In this document: piece after piece, positions 1 to 12,120 of the stretch
How the letters are laid out: every line of letters begins with the position of its first letter
Numbering within the stretch: the stretch's first letter is position 1
From: Anthoceros angustus
Lineage: Eukaryota; Plantae; Anthocerotophyta
Assembly: GCA_010909165.1 (NCBI GenBank)
Contig: MU008149.1
Span: 186,001 to 250,000, forward strand
Length of the DNA stretch: 64,000 nt
Direction: 5' to 3'
Translations under genes and position numbers: made by a program
The notes under the pieces: generated by a model
Database searches by the model: none
The model's input: only the letters and a program-made list of their open reading frames with translations
What the model was told of the DNA's origin: nothing

Positions 1-615
1 ACATGCAGGTAATGGCACGTCCGAATTCCCCTTGCTTCCTTCTGCATGCATTGCTGCGAGCTCGGCTATGGTGGAAGCACGCTCTTGTTTCATTCATTCG
101 CATTTGTTTCACCTCTCACACGCTCCTCTCCGCTCTGCCATGCTATGTACCACCAGATGCACATGTGGGGCCACGGCTCGCAGTACAGGAAGGGCCCGGA
201 ATCTCTCCGCGGGACGCAGCCGACAGCCAGGCTGCGCCTGCCGTGCTACTGCTGCCACCAGGGCTGCCGCAACAACATTGAGCACCCGCGGGCGAAGCCG
301 CTCAAGGACTTCCGCACTCTTCAGACTCACTACAAGCGGAAGCACGGGATGAAGCCGTTCGAGTGCCGGAAGTGCGGGAAGGCGTTCGCGGTGCGGGGAG
401 ACTGGCGCACTCACGAGAAGAATTGCGGGAAGCTGTGGTACTGCATCTGCGGCTCCGACTTCAAGCACAAGCGCAGCCTCAAGGACCACATCCGGGCATT
501 CGGCAAGGGCCACGCCGCGGGCCAGGGCAACGACTCCTGCGGCGAGGACGAGGAGGACGCCGCATCTGACGAAGTGGACGACGTCGACGACAACATGTCT
601 GCCGGATCCCAATAA
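1..615 (+). CDS. WIP: WIP-family C2H2 zinc-finger transcription factor (TT1/NTT-like), 3' part; exon <1-8, intron 9-156, exon 157-615
   Basis: Spliced MQ|[19 protein letters not shown]...[77 protein letters not shown] is the WIP domain; GT at 9, CAG ending 156, TAA 613-615. Confidence 0.96.
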
Positions 616-2408
616 CACTCACCTCGAGCTCGACCTCACCTCAGAGCCGCCACTTCGACTCCGACTCCCCGCCCTGTCTGCCACCAACACACTCTCAGGT
701 CCGTGTTTGTACATGCCAGGGACACGCTTTAGAGTCGGTTTGTAGCACGCAGTCGTCCTCTCCATCTCTAGAGACTTCTGCTGCCCCGACTCTCTGCAGA
801 CTCGTGCTGACTTCACTTCTCCATCTCTTCTCAAGTAGTAGACCACCCTTCTTCGTGCTTTGCTTACTTATATTCATGGGCGATCCTCGCATTGCTTCTT
901 TATTCCTTACCTTGCCTTGCTCTTCCCTGCACCCTCGGCTTCCCTTTGCCGGGGGATGGGAAGCCCTTGTTATATACACCTCACCTGCTAACGCCCGCCC
1001 GCCCGCAGCGTCCTTAGAGTCGCTCCGATTCAGGTTAATTTGACCCCTTGGTTCCAGAGTTCCCCTCTCCTTTTTGCGGTCCGAGCCATGGATGGGTTTT
1101 TGCGCAGCTCCAGCATGTTCCCCGGCCTCCCTCCAACAAAACAAGCAGGCAGGTCGGATGAACGGGCTGGTGCAACTTTTTTTGTCCCGTTCTTTCTCTT
1201 GTTCCAGCCAACAGACAGGGCCGGTCCGGTGGCTGGAGCCCGCGGGTCAGATCTGGTCCTCCGCGTGATCATGTCCATGGATGGACGTGGATGGATGGAG
1301 TCATCAGGAGGCTCAGGATGGCATGCGTAGGATTTAGATGACAGGCTCCAACACGGAACTTGAAGGCTGGCTAGCAGGCTTTGGCCGACAGGAGCAGGCA
1401 GGGCGGGCCAGGGTAGGGACGCAACGTTGATGCGCGTCTCAACTTTCTTGGGTTGCAGCCGGCTGCTGCTGCCATAGCCGGGAGCTAGGACTGCCTCTGC
1501 GGGTCTCTGTGTTGGTAGCATTTGTAATTATATCACTAGAGTTGAAGGAAACGGTTCTCATTCGTACCGTAAGTGACTTCAAAGTTGGTGACTCTTACAA
1601 TTTGCACAGTTCTTTCGTCTTCCATTCTAGACCCTTCCTCCATCCCTCCTTCCTTGATGTGCTTGGACATGGACCTGGACCCCGCCCTAGAAACATCTAA
1701 CCGTATGTATCTACTGCAAAGCCATCTGGACTTCCAAATTTTGTAAGCTTCCGGAAGAAGCAATGTGTTTTGCTCTATCAAGTTGGCTTTAAGTGCTTTC
1801 TTTCTCGTAGTCTCACGTAAGCGCCAGCCTCCGGTACAGCATCCAACTTGGGGTGCTTGCAGCGTCGATCGGTCACGCCTTGTCCCCTGCAGCGACGAGC
1901 AAGGCAGCATCTGCCTGCCGGGTGACGACGTATCCAGGTCACCCAGAAGCGTATGTACGATGTACACCGAGGGTATAAGGCGCACGGTGACGCTGATGAG
2001 GTGGCCGAGTGAAAACAACGTGGCTTGCGATGACCCGCACTGGGATCGGCAAGGCAGCGTAAGTACATCCAGAGTACCGTAAGCCAGGCCCAGGCGCAGG
2101 CCCTGGGCCTCGGCCATGGGGCTCCACCCTCGATCGCCATAGGCGGAGAGATGTATCCGTTTGACCAGTTCCCAGATTCGGATTTGTCGCAACATGGGGC
2201 TTGCGCACTGGGACAGATAGAGGCTTGCCACAAGATGCCCATAAAAACTGCTTCAAAGAATAACAGCAACGCTCGCTAGAGGCCGGTACATGACATTATA
2301 GGTAGCCACTGTAGCCAGCCCACACCCTTATTCTTTCCGACACACCTCGACAGTTGTATTCCAACTGCTGGGGCCTCCCGGGGACGAGTTGCTTGCAGCA
2401 AAGCAAAC

Positions 2409-2520
2409 CCGGGTCCCGGGTCCCGGGTCCCGGCTCCCGGCTCCCCGCTCCCCGCTCCCGGCTTCGTAATCGGAATCGGAATCGGAGGCAGAGGCGGAGG
2501 CGGAGGCGGAACCGGAACCA
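2409..2520. repeat. Compound GC-rich microsatellite (CCCGGGT/CCCGGCT, AATCGG, GGAGGC, GGAACC units)
   Basis: Short tandem units read directly. Confidence 0.85.
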
Positions 2521-2699
2521 CACCCTATTTTCCATATTTCATGCAAAGTGATGCAGGGTGTGGCAGCCACAGACTGGGAAGGAAAAAGAATCGGCGCTGC
2601 TCGGCATCCTGGCGATAAAGGGCTCGCCCCACTGGCTCCTCCCTTCCCGAAATGGATCTGATCCGCGATGTGGGGCCGCCTCTTCTCTTTCCCAGAGGT

Positions 2700-2742
2700 C
2701 CTCTCCCTCTCCCTCTCCCTCGCCCTCGCCCTCGCCCTCGCC
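2700..2742. repeat. (CTCTCC)n/(CTCGCC)n hexamer microsatellite
   Basis: Read directly. Confidence 0.85.
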
Positions 2743-5667
2743 GGCCAGGGGCAGAGCAAACCAAACCCTAATCCGGGATTTGGCATTTATGAATGTGGCA
2801 TTAATAATATTATGGACCTCCAAACAGGAGTCGGCTCCAGACAAGGGGCTGGCGTCAGCAGGACGATGTTAGCTTACGGACAGATTTGGTGATGGCGCGG
2901 GCGGGTTGTTGGAAATCCCAACCTGAAGCTGGAGTCTGGACAGTGGCAAGGGCAAGGCACTGGAGACAGCCTTGGGAGCTGACACACACGCTTAGCCAAT
3001 GATTTGGAGGCGGTGGTCACATAGCGGCAGACTGCATTGGCTCTGCTGCTGCCCAAAGCGTGCTGGCTGGCGGGTTTGCTATTTCAAGAGGTTGGATTAG
3101 AGCAAGGCCAATAGTGTGTGCACAGGGCTTGCAGGAGATGTGAGCGGGACGCGGGAAAGGAAGGTTCTTGCTGTAACCTGCTTCCAAATCGCGCTTTATT
3201 TTGTCTGTGGCGGGAACAGGTTGACTCTCGTGGCTTCACGATCTCCTCGTATCCGCCAAACCCACCGCCGGCAGCATTGACTGGCACTGGCAGCCGTGTG
3301 TTTGTGTGATGGCTCTGTACAGCTGTTGGAGGAGGGTTTTTCTGTTGGTGTGTTGATTTTTGTGTGTTCGGCTGTGTTGTGTGGGGGGAACTGGGACTGG
3401 GAGAGGAAGGAGGAGCCCGATGGTCCCGCCCTGAAATAGCAAAGCATCCTTCCCGGCGGTTGCCAGCCTCTATTCTTGGCCCTGCCGGCCTGCATCCCGA
3501 GCCAGCCCAGACAAGACACACCCACAGTGCCAGATTGGGTTTACGTCGAGTCTGCGAGCTTCACTCTCTGTTCAGTAAGTGAAGGTGCTGTCCTGAGTGA
3601 CCCCCCTAGGCCTGTTTCCTCTTGCCTTGCCTGTCAGGGCCTCCGAGGAAAGGGCACCAAAGGGGTCCATGGTCATCAGGTCAGGACTGAAGGCTAGGAC
3701 TGCACTCTCCTTTTATGACATGGGTTCTGATGAGAATCTCTGGTAGGACAGAGCAGGCCCCATCACAGGCCGAGAAAGAGGAGGAGAAGGAGCAGGAGGA
3801 GGAGGAGGTGGCGTAGGAGGAGGAAGCTCCGGAGGGTAAGGCTCTGGCTCTCCATCGAGTATGTACATTATGTACCATGTACTGCCGGTTGCTGGAAATG
3901 GGGTGGCCTTGTTTAGTAGATAGATCCTTCTCCGGAGAGTAAATGCACCGACTCAAAGTCAGCGGATGGCAATGAATGCTGGGGTCACGCGGGAGACGAG
4001 TGACGGCTTCTGTATCGGGCATGGCCGACCCCGCCTGGTTCTGGTGCTGGTCAAGGGAAGTTCAAACTTCAAATTCATCAGCTCAACTGCTTTAAATCCT
4101 GCTTATGCGCTGTCTGAGGGTTGACTCTCAGGCAAGGGAGCCACGGCTGTGATAAAGCTTGGTGCCCGGGCTTCCGGAGAAAAGAGAGCACGAGATCATG
4201 ACAAGAGATTTGGTACGCGCCATGGCTCACCATCATTGGCACAGCAGAGCCTCTGACAGGAAGCGCTTTGGAGCAGCCTCCTCTCTCTCTCCTTCCTGTA
4301 GGAGCAAGCTGGCAGACGCCGTAATCCACTGTAAATTGTGACCATTGTTCCCTTTGCTACTGCAGGCTGGCTGGAGTTGTATTCTCCTGTTGTAGCAAAC
4401 GGTCTGTGCTTGAATTGCATCCCATCGCATTTATATATGTATGTGTGGTGGGTTGTGGTGGAGATTTTGTAGGGGGGAGAGAGAGATGGAGGTCCGAGGT
4501 GGTGTCTGTCTGCAGCTTGCCTCTCTGCAGTCCCCTTGTGCTCTCTCTCCACTCCATCAGATTCCTGCTTACCAAGAATAATAACCTGGCAGGGGGCAAG
4601 CTGGGCAGGGCAGGGCAGGGCAAGCCAGGATGGTATGCAGGTTATAAACGCTCCTGGAGTGAGCATGCCTTCCATGCTGCAGCAGCAGCAGGTAGCAGGC
4701 TACGGAATGCATAAAATAATCGCAACTTGCCAACTCCCCGCCTTGTCTTATGCAAGTTGCAGGCATGCTTTAGGTCAGCTGCCATTTGGACGTGGCATCC
4801 ATGTCCCATGACATCTTGACATATATCTATGTGCACATGAGTGGCGAGGCCCAGGGTACAGGTAACTGTGCAACTGGAATCCCAGAACATGGTTGGTTGA
4901 TGATATCACCTCGCACAGGCTCCACCCAAGCCACTGCAAACACATCGTACAGTACAACAGCAACTGGACACACGAAAACGAGTGCCCTTCGGGTACAAGA
5001 CACCAGCAGGTCTTACAACAGCAAATGGACACACCTCGGGAAAAAAAAGGTGGCATGAGGTACAAGACACACAAACACAGCGCAGAGCCCGCAGAGCACG
5101 CAGAGCCCACAGAGCCACAGACCTGCAAGCAAGAGCAAAGACAAGGCAAATTCAGGCCACGCCCTGCCACAGCAGTCTGTGCACCCCAGCTTTTGCAGCT
5201 TTGCAAAGGCAAGGGTGCAATCATCCATGTGGGAGCGGCAGCACATTGCCACATACAGCCCAGCCAATGCAACACAAGGTGATTCGTGAAGGACAGACAC
5301 TAGACCGTCACAGCATCACAGCGTCATCAGCACAGCTCCAGCTGCTGCTGCACGCTTCCTGGACTTGTCTGTTAGGTAACGAAAACAGAGGCCACCGTAG
5401 AGCCCACACTCGAGAGCTAGCCTCCCTGCAAAACGGAGAGGGGGAGTTTGCAAGGCCTGGTGAATCATGAGTACGCCGGATGCCAAAGCCTGCCCGGGCC
5501 TACACCCATTAATGTTTGACCTAGGCTGTGCAGGAGCAGCAGCAGCAGCGCCATTTGCTCCGCTTTCCCGGCCAGCCACATTACTGGCCTCCCCTGATGC
5601 CCCGCCTTAAAATAAGGCCCGCTTCAGACACGCCCCTCTTTCCGGCTTCCCTCTGCCTGCCCCTGCC

Positions 5668-5730
5668 TCCGCCTCTGGCTCTGCCTCTGCCTCTGCCTCT
5701 GCCTCTGCCTCTGCCTCTGCCTCCCTCTGC
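5668..5730. repeat. (CTCTGC)n hexamer microsatellite
   Basis: Read directly; source of the PLPLPL / EAEAEA pseudo-ORFs. Confidence 0.9.
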
Positions 5731-6716
5731 CTGGCCCAAGTCAACTCCCCGCCATCCCTTCCTGCCCTCCTTCCATCCAGGCTCAACTGCCCCCACCAAC
5801 ATGAGGGCCAGAATATCAGGCCATGGCCCTCCACCCCCCGATTCTGGCCGCTCCCCCGGATGGATAACCCTAACGCACGGTCAGGCCTGCCCAGGGCAAA
5901 GTGCAATGGCGATGGCATGCGGGAACACGCCATCCCTGCACATCGTGTGTTCACAACTTCACATCCAGAGCCATACTCCACCTTTACTGTTTGCCCACCC
6001 ACAACAGAAAGCGAGCAAAGCAAAACAACGGCATGCGAGACAAGACATTCCCTGTCACCTCCGAGTCCAGTTACAGTGCCAGTCGCCCCCGCCCCCGCCC
6101 CTCCGTGCGCGTGAACGGGGCGGGGCCACCGCCACTGCCAAAATCGAGGAAGAGCCAAGGGCTGGCCAGATTCGTGCAAAAGCTGCCGGGGCCAGGGGCA
6201 GGCGAAGAAAGCCGAAAAGAAATGGCAGTCGGGAGTCCGAAAAGAAGTGTCGGCAACGGGGCCTGTTCCGTCCCGTTGGCCGCGACTGGCAGCTCGTTCC
6301 TCACGAGGCTCTTTCAGCGCCCCCTCGGGCAGCGTGCCGGCCTCGGGCCCCGGGTAGCGCGAGACGCCACCGCCACCGCCGCTAGTGCTCGCTTCTTGTC
6401 GGCCATGCCCATCCTCTTTTCCCTCTCCTCAAACTAGTGATGGTTATGTGCCTGCCACCATGGCCATGATACAGATGTACATAACTCGTACGCCGGGTTA
6501 ATATGCAACCGGTACAGCCCCAATCATGGGCAAACCCCTGCCTGGTAAATGTGAGACTCGTACGGGTTTTGGGTTCTTGCCTCATAATATGTATGGTACT
6601 CTCACTTCTTTATGGAAGCATGAAAGACTTGGGGTGGAGCAACTGGAGCTGACTGCCAAGCAGTGCCTCTTCTCCACCAAGACGTTGCCAGCTTCATATG
6701 AGTTTTGTAGGCCATA

Positions 6717-7618
6717 ATGAGCAATAAACAACAGAAGCATAGATACAGTCCTGACTCTTCGGAATATTTTTCTGAGGATGATGCTCTCCACTCTCCCATA
6801 GGTGTGCATGTTGTGATTTTATCTTAAAATAATGGTCTTGTCGATTATAGTACTGTATTCCTATATTATATACATAGAATACAATATCCAACTACTGTAA
6901 AATATGATTGGTGAGTTCCGTAAATGTTTTACAGGTGAGAACCCTGAGACCGGAGAAACAAACGTGTGGAAGAACTTGAAGGAGATTTTTGAAGATCTTG
7001 ATTCGCACAATGACAAGTACATTACACAATGACAAGTACATTAGTACATTGCGTTCTCGGATTTGATCATTTATGATCTATCTCTGCTTGAGAATAGTAC
7101 ACTAAACAAAAGCATTGTAATGTACAGAGGTGAAAACAAGCTCCTATTGGAGAAGCAAATTCTACAGCTACGCCGTTTACTACAAATTCACAATGAACTT
7201 TGTATCCTCGATATCTATTGTGGTCTTGTCATTTAGATTGTAAAGAATTATTGGGAACATGAATTATTGCTTTTTTATCATAAAAATGATATTCCTGAGA
7301 GAATATAGTGTTGGAAGAAGATGCCATAGAGAAAGCCCATCTTGGTGTGCTTTATGAAAGAGAATGGTATTTGCGAAAGCTGCAAGCTCTGGAGGTGATC
7401 ATTCACTCCTTCAATTTTTTAGTGCAAAAGAGACAATCTTAAATTTTGAAATTAATATCATTGATTTTATGCATTTTGTACAGGTAACCATTGGTCCTCC
7501 TCTTCCTTCTCAACAAAAGCAAATTGGAAGTGGGAAGAATAGGTTAGCCAATTTAGCCTTCAATGAAGCTATAAGGGCAATTTTATATGAGCCTCATGAG
7601 AGCATGAAGTCAGCATGA
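6717..7618 (+). CDS. Small five-exon gene (~150 aa): coiled coil + EB1 C-terminal (EBH)-like motif, no CH domain. Exons 6717-6801, 6935-7016, 7128-7201, 7309-7394, 7484-7618
   Basis: Four GT-AG introns (133, 111, 107, 89 bp) with phases 1,2,1,0 give one open frame: MSNKQQKHRY...LLLEKQILQLRRLLQIHNELLLEEDAIEKAHLGVLYEREWYLRKLQALEVTIG...NEAIRAILYEPHESMKSA*. ERxWYxxKLxxLE...IxxILY resembles EB1 ERDFYFxKLRxIE...IxxILYAT. Upstream exons are possible. Confidence 0.68.
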
Positions 7619-8460
7619 CTACTTTTGTAAAATGTCAACAAAGACAAATCTTAATTATGTGGAACACACTACCTATATGAAAGTTAGGAATAGTTTATTG
7701 CATCACCCTCCATAGCATCTTCCAACTAAATCCCATTGTGAGTAGGATTATTGACTATTTGTGGACAAAATAAAGAGATGTATGAAACTTGAAACATGCT
7801 ACATCTTTTAGGATCATGAAAATCTCACTTGAGGATGTAACAAAATTACGTTTCCACTAATCTATAAATATACATTGCTCCATAATTTCTGAGTGTATAT
7901 CTGTAAACATATGACGATTTATAGTGAACTTTTAAATTCTAATTGCAATTTCATGGAATCATGATGTGACAACATTAAGCTTAAATTTTCTTGACAATAG
8001 GTCTTAAGATGCTACATACAAAGAAGTACCACGTGATGGGAAGGGAGATATGGAATTTCAATGTTGAGAATAATTATCACATCAAAATATTAACTTGATA
8101 AACTAACTTTACTGAAAAAAAGTATGTATGTGTTGTATGTGCAACCCTTCATCACTTATTGGCATCTTAATGTAGATGCAACTGTGAACCTATTGGTTTT
8201 TAAAAATATTTGCTTTAGTGCATGACTTGAATTTTTTAAGCTCAAGCGCCGGTCTTGTGATTTCATATATAGTGTTTAGGAAAAATCACCAAAAGTAATA
8301 GCAATAGATAATTATAGTTTTTATCATGAATAAAACTATGTAATGTATAATAAATCAAAGCTAAAGTAGAATATAATCTTATCTTCCATGACTGGCTGGC
8401 CCGCCTATCAATGGAATTCCTGCTTCAGGTTGTATTACTTGATCAGCTCAGGAGAGTAGA

Positions 8461-8713
8461 GAATGCTTTCCTGGCTCCGGCCCAAACACTGAGCGGGAGA
8501 GCCTTCCCTTTCACAAACATTGTGAATGTGAAGGTGAGGTAGACGAAGACGAAATTTCTCATTATGGGCATGGACATTAACGCTGACATATGCTGTATGA
8601 AGTGCGAGAAAACTCTAGGTTGGAGGTATGAGAAGGCTTACGAGGAATTGTAGAAATACAAGAAGGTCAAGTTTATTATCGCAAAGGCTAACGTTATAAA
8701 GGAGAACTGGTGA
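8461..8713 (+). pseudogene. Intronless Yippee/YPEL-like pseudogene, copy 1
   Basis: LSGRAFPFTNIVNVKVR*...ADICCMKCEKTLGWRYEKAYEEL*KYKKVKFIIAKANVIKENW*; two in-frame stops and first CxxC deleted. Confidence 0.88.
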
Positions 8714-9579
8714 CAACAAAAGCGATTAGCCAATTTAGCCTTCAATGAAGCTATAAGGGCAATTTTATATGAGCCTCATGAGAGCATGAAGTCGATGACT
8801 ACTTTTGTAAAATGTCAACAAAGACAAATCTTAATTATGTGAACACACTACCTATATGAAAGTTAGGAATAGTTTATTGCATCACCCTCCATAGCATCTT
8901 CCAACTAAATCCCATTGTGAGTAGGATTATTGACTATTTTGTGGACAAAATAAAGAGATGTATGAAACTTGAAACATGCTACATCTTTTAGGATCATGAA
9001 AATCTCACTTGAGGATGTAACAAAATTACGTTTCCACTAATCTATAAATATACATTGCTCCATAATTTAAAGTGTATATCAGAAACATATGACGATTTAT
9101 AGTGAACTTTTAAATTCTAATTGCAATTTCATGGAATCATGATGTGACAACATTAAGCTTAAATTTTCTTGACAATAGGTCTTAAGATGCTACATACAAA
9201 GAAGTACCACGTGATGGGAAGGGAGATATGGAATTTCAATGTTGAGAATAATTATCACATCAAAATATTAACTTGATAAACTAACTTTACTGAAAAAAAG
9301 TATGTATGTGTTGTATGTGCAACCCTTCATCACTTATTGGCATCTTAATGTAGATACCCTGAACCTATTGGTTTTAAAAATATTTGCTTTAGTGCATGAC
9401 TTGAATTTTTTAAGCTCAAGCGCCGGTCTTGTGATTTCATATATAGTGTTTAGGAAAAATCACCAAAAGTAATAGCAATAGATAATTATAGTTTTTATCA
9501 TGAATAAAACTATGTAATGTATAATAAATCAAAGCTAAAGTAGAATATAATCTTATCTTCCATGGGCCGCCCCTATCAA

Positions 9580-10650
9580 TGGAATTCTCGCCTTGAGTTG
9601 TATTACTTGATCAGCTCAGGAGAGTAGAGAATGCTTTCCTGGCTCCGGCCCAAACACTGAGCGGGAGAGCCTTCCCTTTCACAAACATTGTGAATGTGAA
9701 GGTGAGGTAGACGAAGACGAAATTTCTCATTATGGGCATGGACATTAACGCTGACATATGCTGTATGAAGTGCGAGAAAACTCTAGGTTGGAGGTATGAG
9801 AAGGCTTACGAGGAATTGTAGAAATACAAGAAGGTCAAGTTTATTATCGCAAAGGCTAACGTTATAAAGGAGAACTGGTGACAACAAACAGTCGGCAGCC
9901 AATGGTGGACTATTTTGTATACATGAGCTCGGACAAAGAACTTGCTTGAGCCGGCCCAAAAATCTCTCTTCCTCAAAGTTAGTGTAGAGCAGGATGTATG
10001 TTTGTCACATATCAATTATTAGAAGTAAAGAGGGTTTCGATTGCAGTTGGCAACTGCATGTTTCCCAACTATGTCGTATTATTCTAAGCATCCCTGTATG
10101 TTGTGATGACATCTCTCATACAATTTTTTTTTTACTAAAGGAGAACAATAGTGTCAAATGCTTTCTTATGTAGCAAATTTGCAAAACATAGTCAAGTATA
10201 AAGCATTGGAACTCGTCTACCTTGGTTGCATGGCTTCCTCCTAATGGAATTAGGGATTTCAAATTCCCAACTTGAAACTTCACAAGGTGAGGTATGGAAG
10301 CTTGGGAAAGCTCCAGCACAAACTGTGCCTAATTCAGAGGCACCTAGGTCCATTTCACCCTAGTTTCGTTGGGTTTCAATTCGTCTAGTTTATGCAAACG
10401 TCGTAAGATAATCAAACAATATCATGTCGCATTGCATGTAGCTGAGTCATCTCTAATCGTTCGTCTAGTTAATCGAACCGCTACAAAATAATCGAATGAT
10501 ACTATGTCACATTGCATGGAGCTGACTCATTTTAAACCATTTTTAAGCTAATCCTAGGTATCATGCCATGTGGCATTGAGATGATTGAATTTCAACTGAC
10601 ATTCTTAACCTCATTCAACGAGTCGTAGATTCGCATCCAGCTCCCTTAAA
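9580..10650 (+). repeat. Dispersed ~1.1 kb repeat (Yippee copy + 3' flank + CTAG-rich array), homologous to 22308-23547
   Basis: Shared blocks such as GTGGACTATTTTGT, GACAAAGAACTTGCTTGAGCC, GCTTGGGAAAGCTCCAGCACAAAC, AACTGACATTCTTAACC in the same order. Confidence 0.88.
9629..9881 (+). pseudogene. Intronless Yippee/YPEL-like pseudogene, copy 2 (in the tandem duplicate)
   Basis: Same sequence and stops as 8461-8713. Confidence 0.88.
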
Positions 10651-11075
10651 TCTATCCTGATATATAGCTGTAGTCAAAGGAAAGTAAAATGCCAGGGCGA
10701 GAGCACACAAACCCAGGAACCCAAGAAGCGGCCATCGAAGGCATGCACACCATGGGTACTGGCCGGCATTGCGGCCTGCTACACAGCAGCAATGCAAAGA
10801 CCATTGGTACATGGGCGCCGACATGCTAGCAACACTAGTACCAGTCCAGGTACCATACGTGGTACAGGCGCGGCGTGCACGAAACACATTTCCATGGGCG
10901 TCGGCATGCCGGCAATACAATATACATGAGCTGCATGCCGACAACACACTAGTACAAGAGCGCGGGCATGCGGCACCACTGGTACCCGGGCGCCACCATG
11001 CCGGCGCCCACACACGAGGGCAAGGTGAGGACTCGGGCGTGCCGGCTCTCACTGCTTCCCACGACCTTGCCACAC

Positions 11076-12120
11076 TTAGAGGTTAATGTGAATAAGACAA
11101 TGGGCTTGGGAAGTCCTACCTTGATCACTGCGAGCGTCTGTGCTCTGTATGTTGAACTTCAATCCTGCGCATAATGAACAAGTCGAAAACCTATTGGACT
11201 TGGGTACCTTCGCACGTTTGAAGTTCTGTTCCCAAAGCCGCAGAAAGTAGGCACATGAAATAAAATGCTGTCCCTTCTGCTCCATTTTCCGTTTGTACCG
11301 TGTCCAAACCTCTAGCTTAGTGATGTGTCTGGTAAGTTATACATCTCCATGTTTGGGCAAACGCTCTACCAAGTGGATGAATGTAGAGTCCATCCACGCA
11401 ATCACACCCAAAGCATGGGAGGATTGAACCCGAGTACTCTGCTTGTTCTCATCCCATGGAGCATTACAAAGTACCCTCCTATTCAATTCTTCATATCGTG
11501 CAAAGCGGATACAGTACACCCGTCAGAAGGCTTTCAGGCAAGATCTCATTGAAGCATCACCCATTAGATGGGTTAAGACTCCATGTCTTGAATTGGCCTC
11601 CAAATCTGATCTAACAAGAGACTGGACAGCCTCTCCACCACTAGCATTTCCATTGAACAGACCTCCGACTGCTTGCACAGTCTGTTCACCATTGTCCTGC
11701 CGTACACTCCCTACCACAGGACTTCTATCCATTGCAGTGTAGAGATTCATATTTCTTGGAGTGGGAGGAAGGAAGTGAGGCACACTAGACGACTGATGAG
11801 TCCTCCTCCACCCTGGACCATGCCCAAATGCCGATGAAGAGAATGTTTTCCAAACACCACCGGCAAGACGAAGTGCAACTACCTATCATCCGAAGCCTAT
11901 GTGCAAGACGCTGCAGCTTAGAAGCGAACAGAGATTTCAAGTTCAGAAGTGCTGGGCTGTCGACGTTTCTTTGAGGAAGACCAAGGGGGACTGTTTACTG
12001 CATAATTTTCAGAAACCATGTTGCAACAAATTGTGCATCCAATTGTTGACCAAAGGAGGCTTTCAAGAGCAGCGGGACATGTTCCCGAGGCTGAGCAGGC
12101 CGGCCCAGGAAACACAGTAA
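11076..12120 (-). mobile_element. Degenerate DNA-transposase remnant (CxxC-containing, DUF7869/CMC-like), internally rearranged
   Basis: Minus frame with stops: CLKAF*RVYCIR...WMDSTF...LP...TKLEVWTRYK...SCAYFLRLWEQNFKRAKVPKSNRFSTCSLC; a CCNKLC...QRDMF..LS segment lies on the opposite strand (11899-12120); family from recalled motif pattern only. Confidence 0.55.

Larger units (their letters stand above)
7511..9888 (+). repeat. Near-identical ~1.2 kb direct tandem duplication (7511-8713 and 8714-9881)
   Basis: TTAGCCAATTTAGCCTTCAATGAAGC... at 7544 and 8726, collinear to GGAGAACTGGTGA at 8701 and 9869; CAACAAA at the junctions. Confidence 0.95.

Noticed and set aside
4470-4560. GGAGAGAGAG...GTGCTCTCTCTCC as a miR156/529/535-like hairpin or site
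   Set aside because: Only ~10 bp can pair and the match to recalled mature sequences is partial
619-6437. Many 60-285 aa ORFs on both strands
   Set aside because: Overlapping, low-complexity, largely produced by GC-rich microsatellites; no recognisable domain
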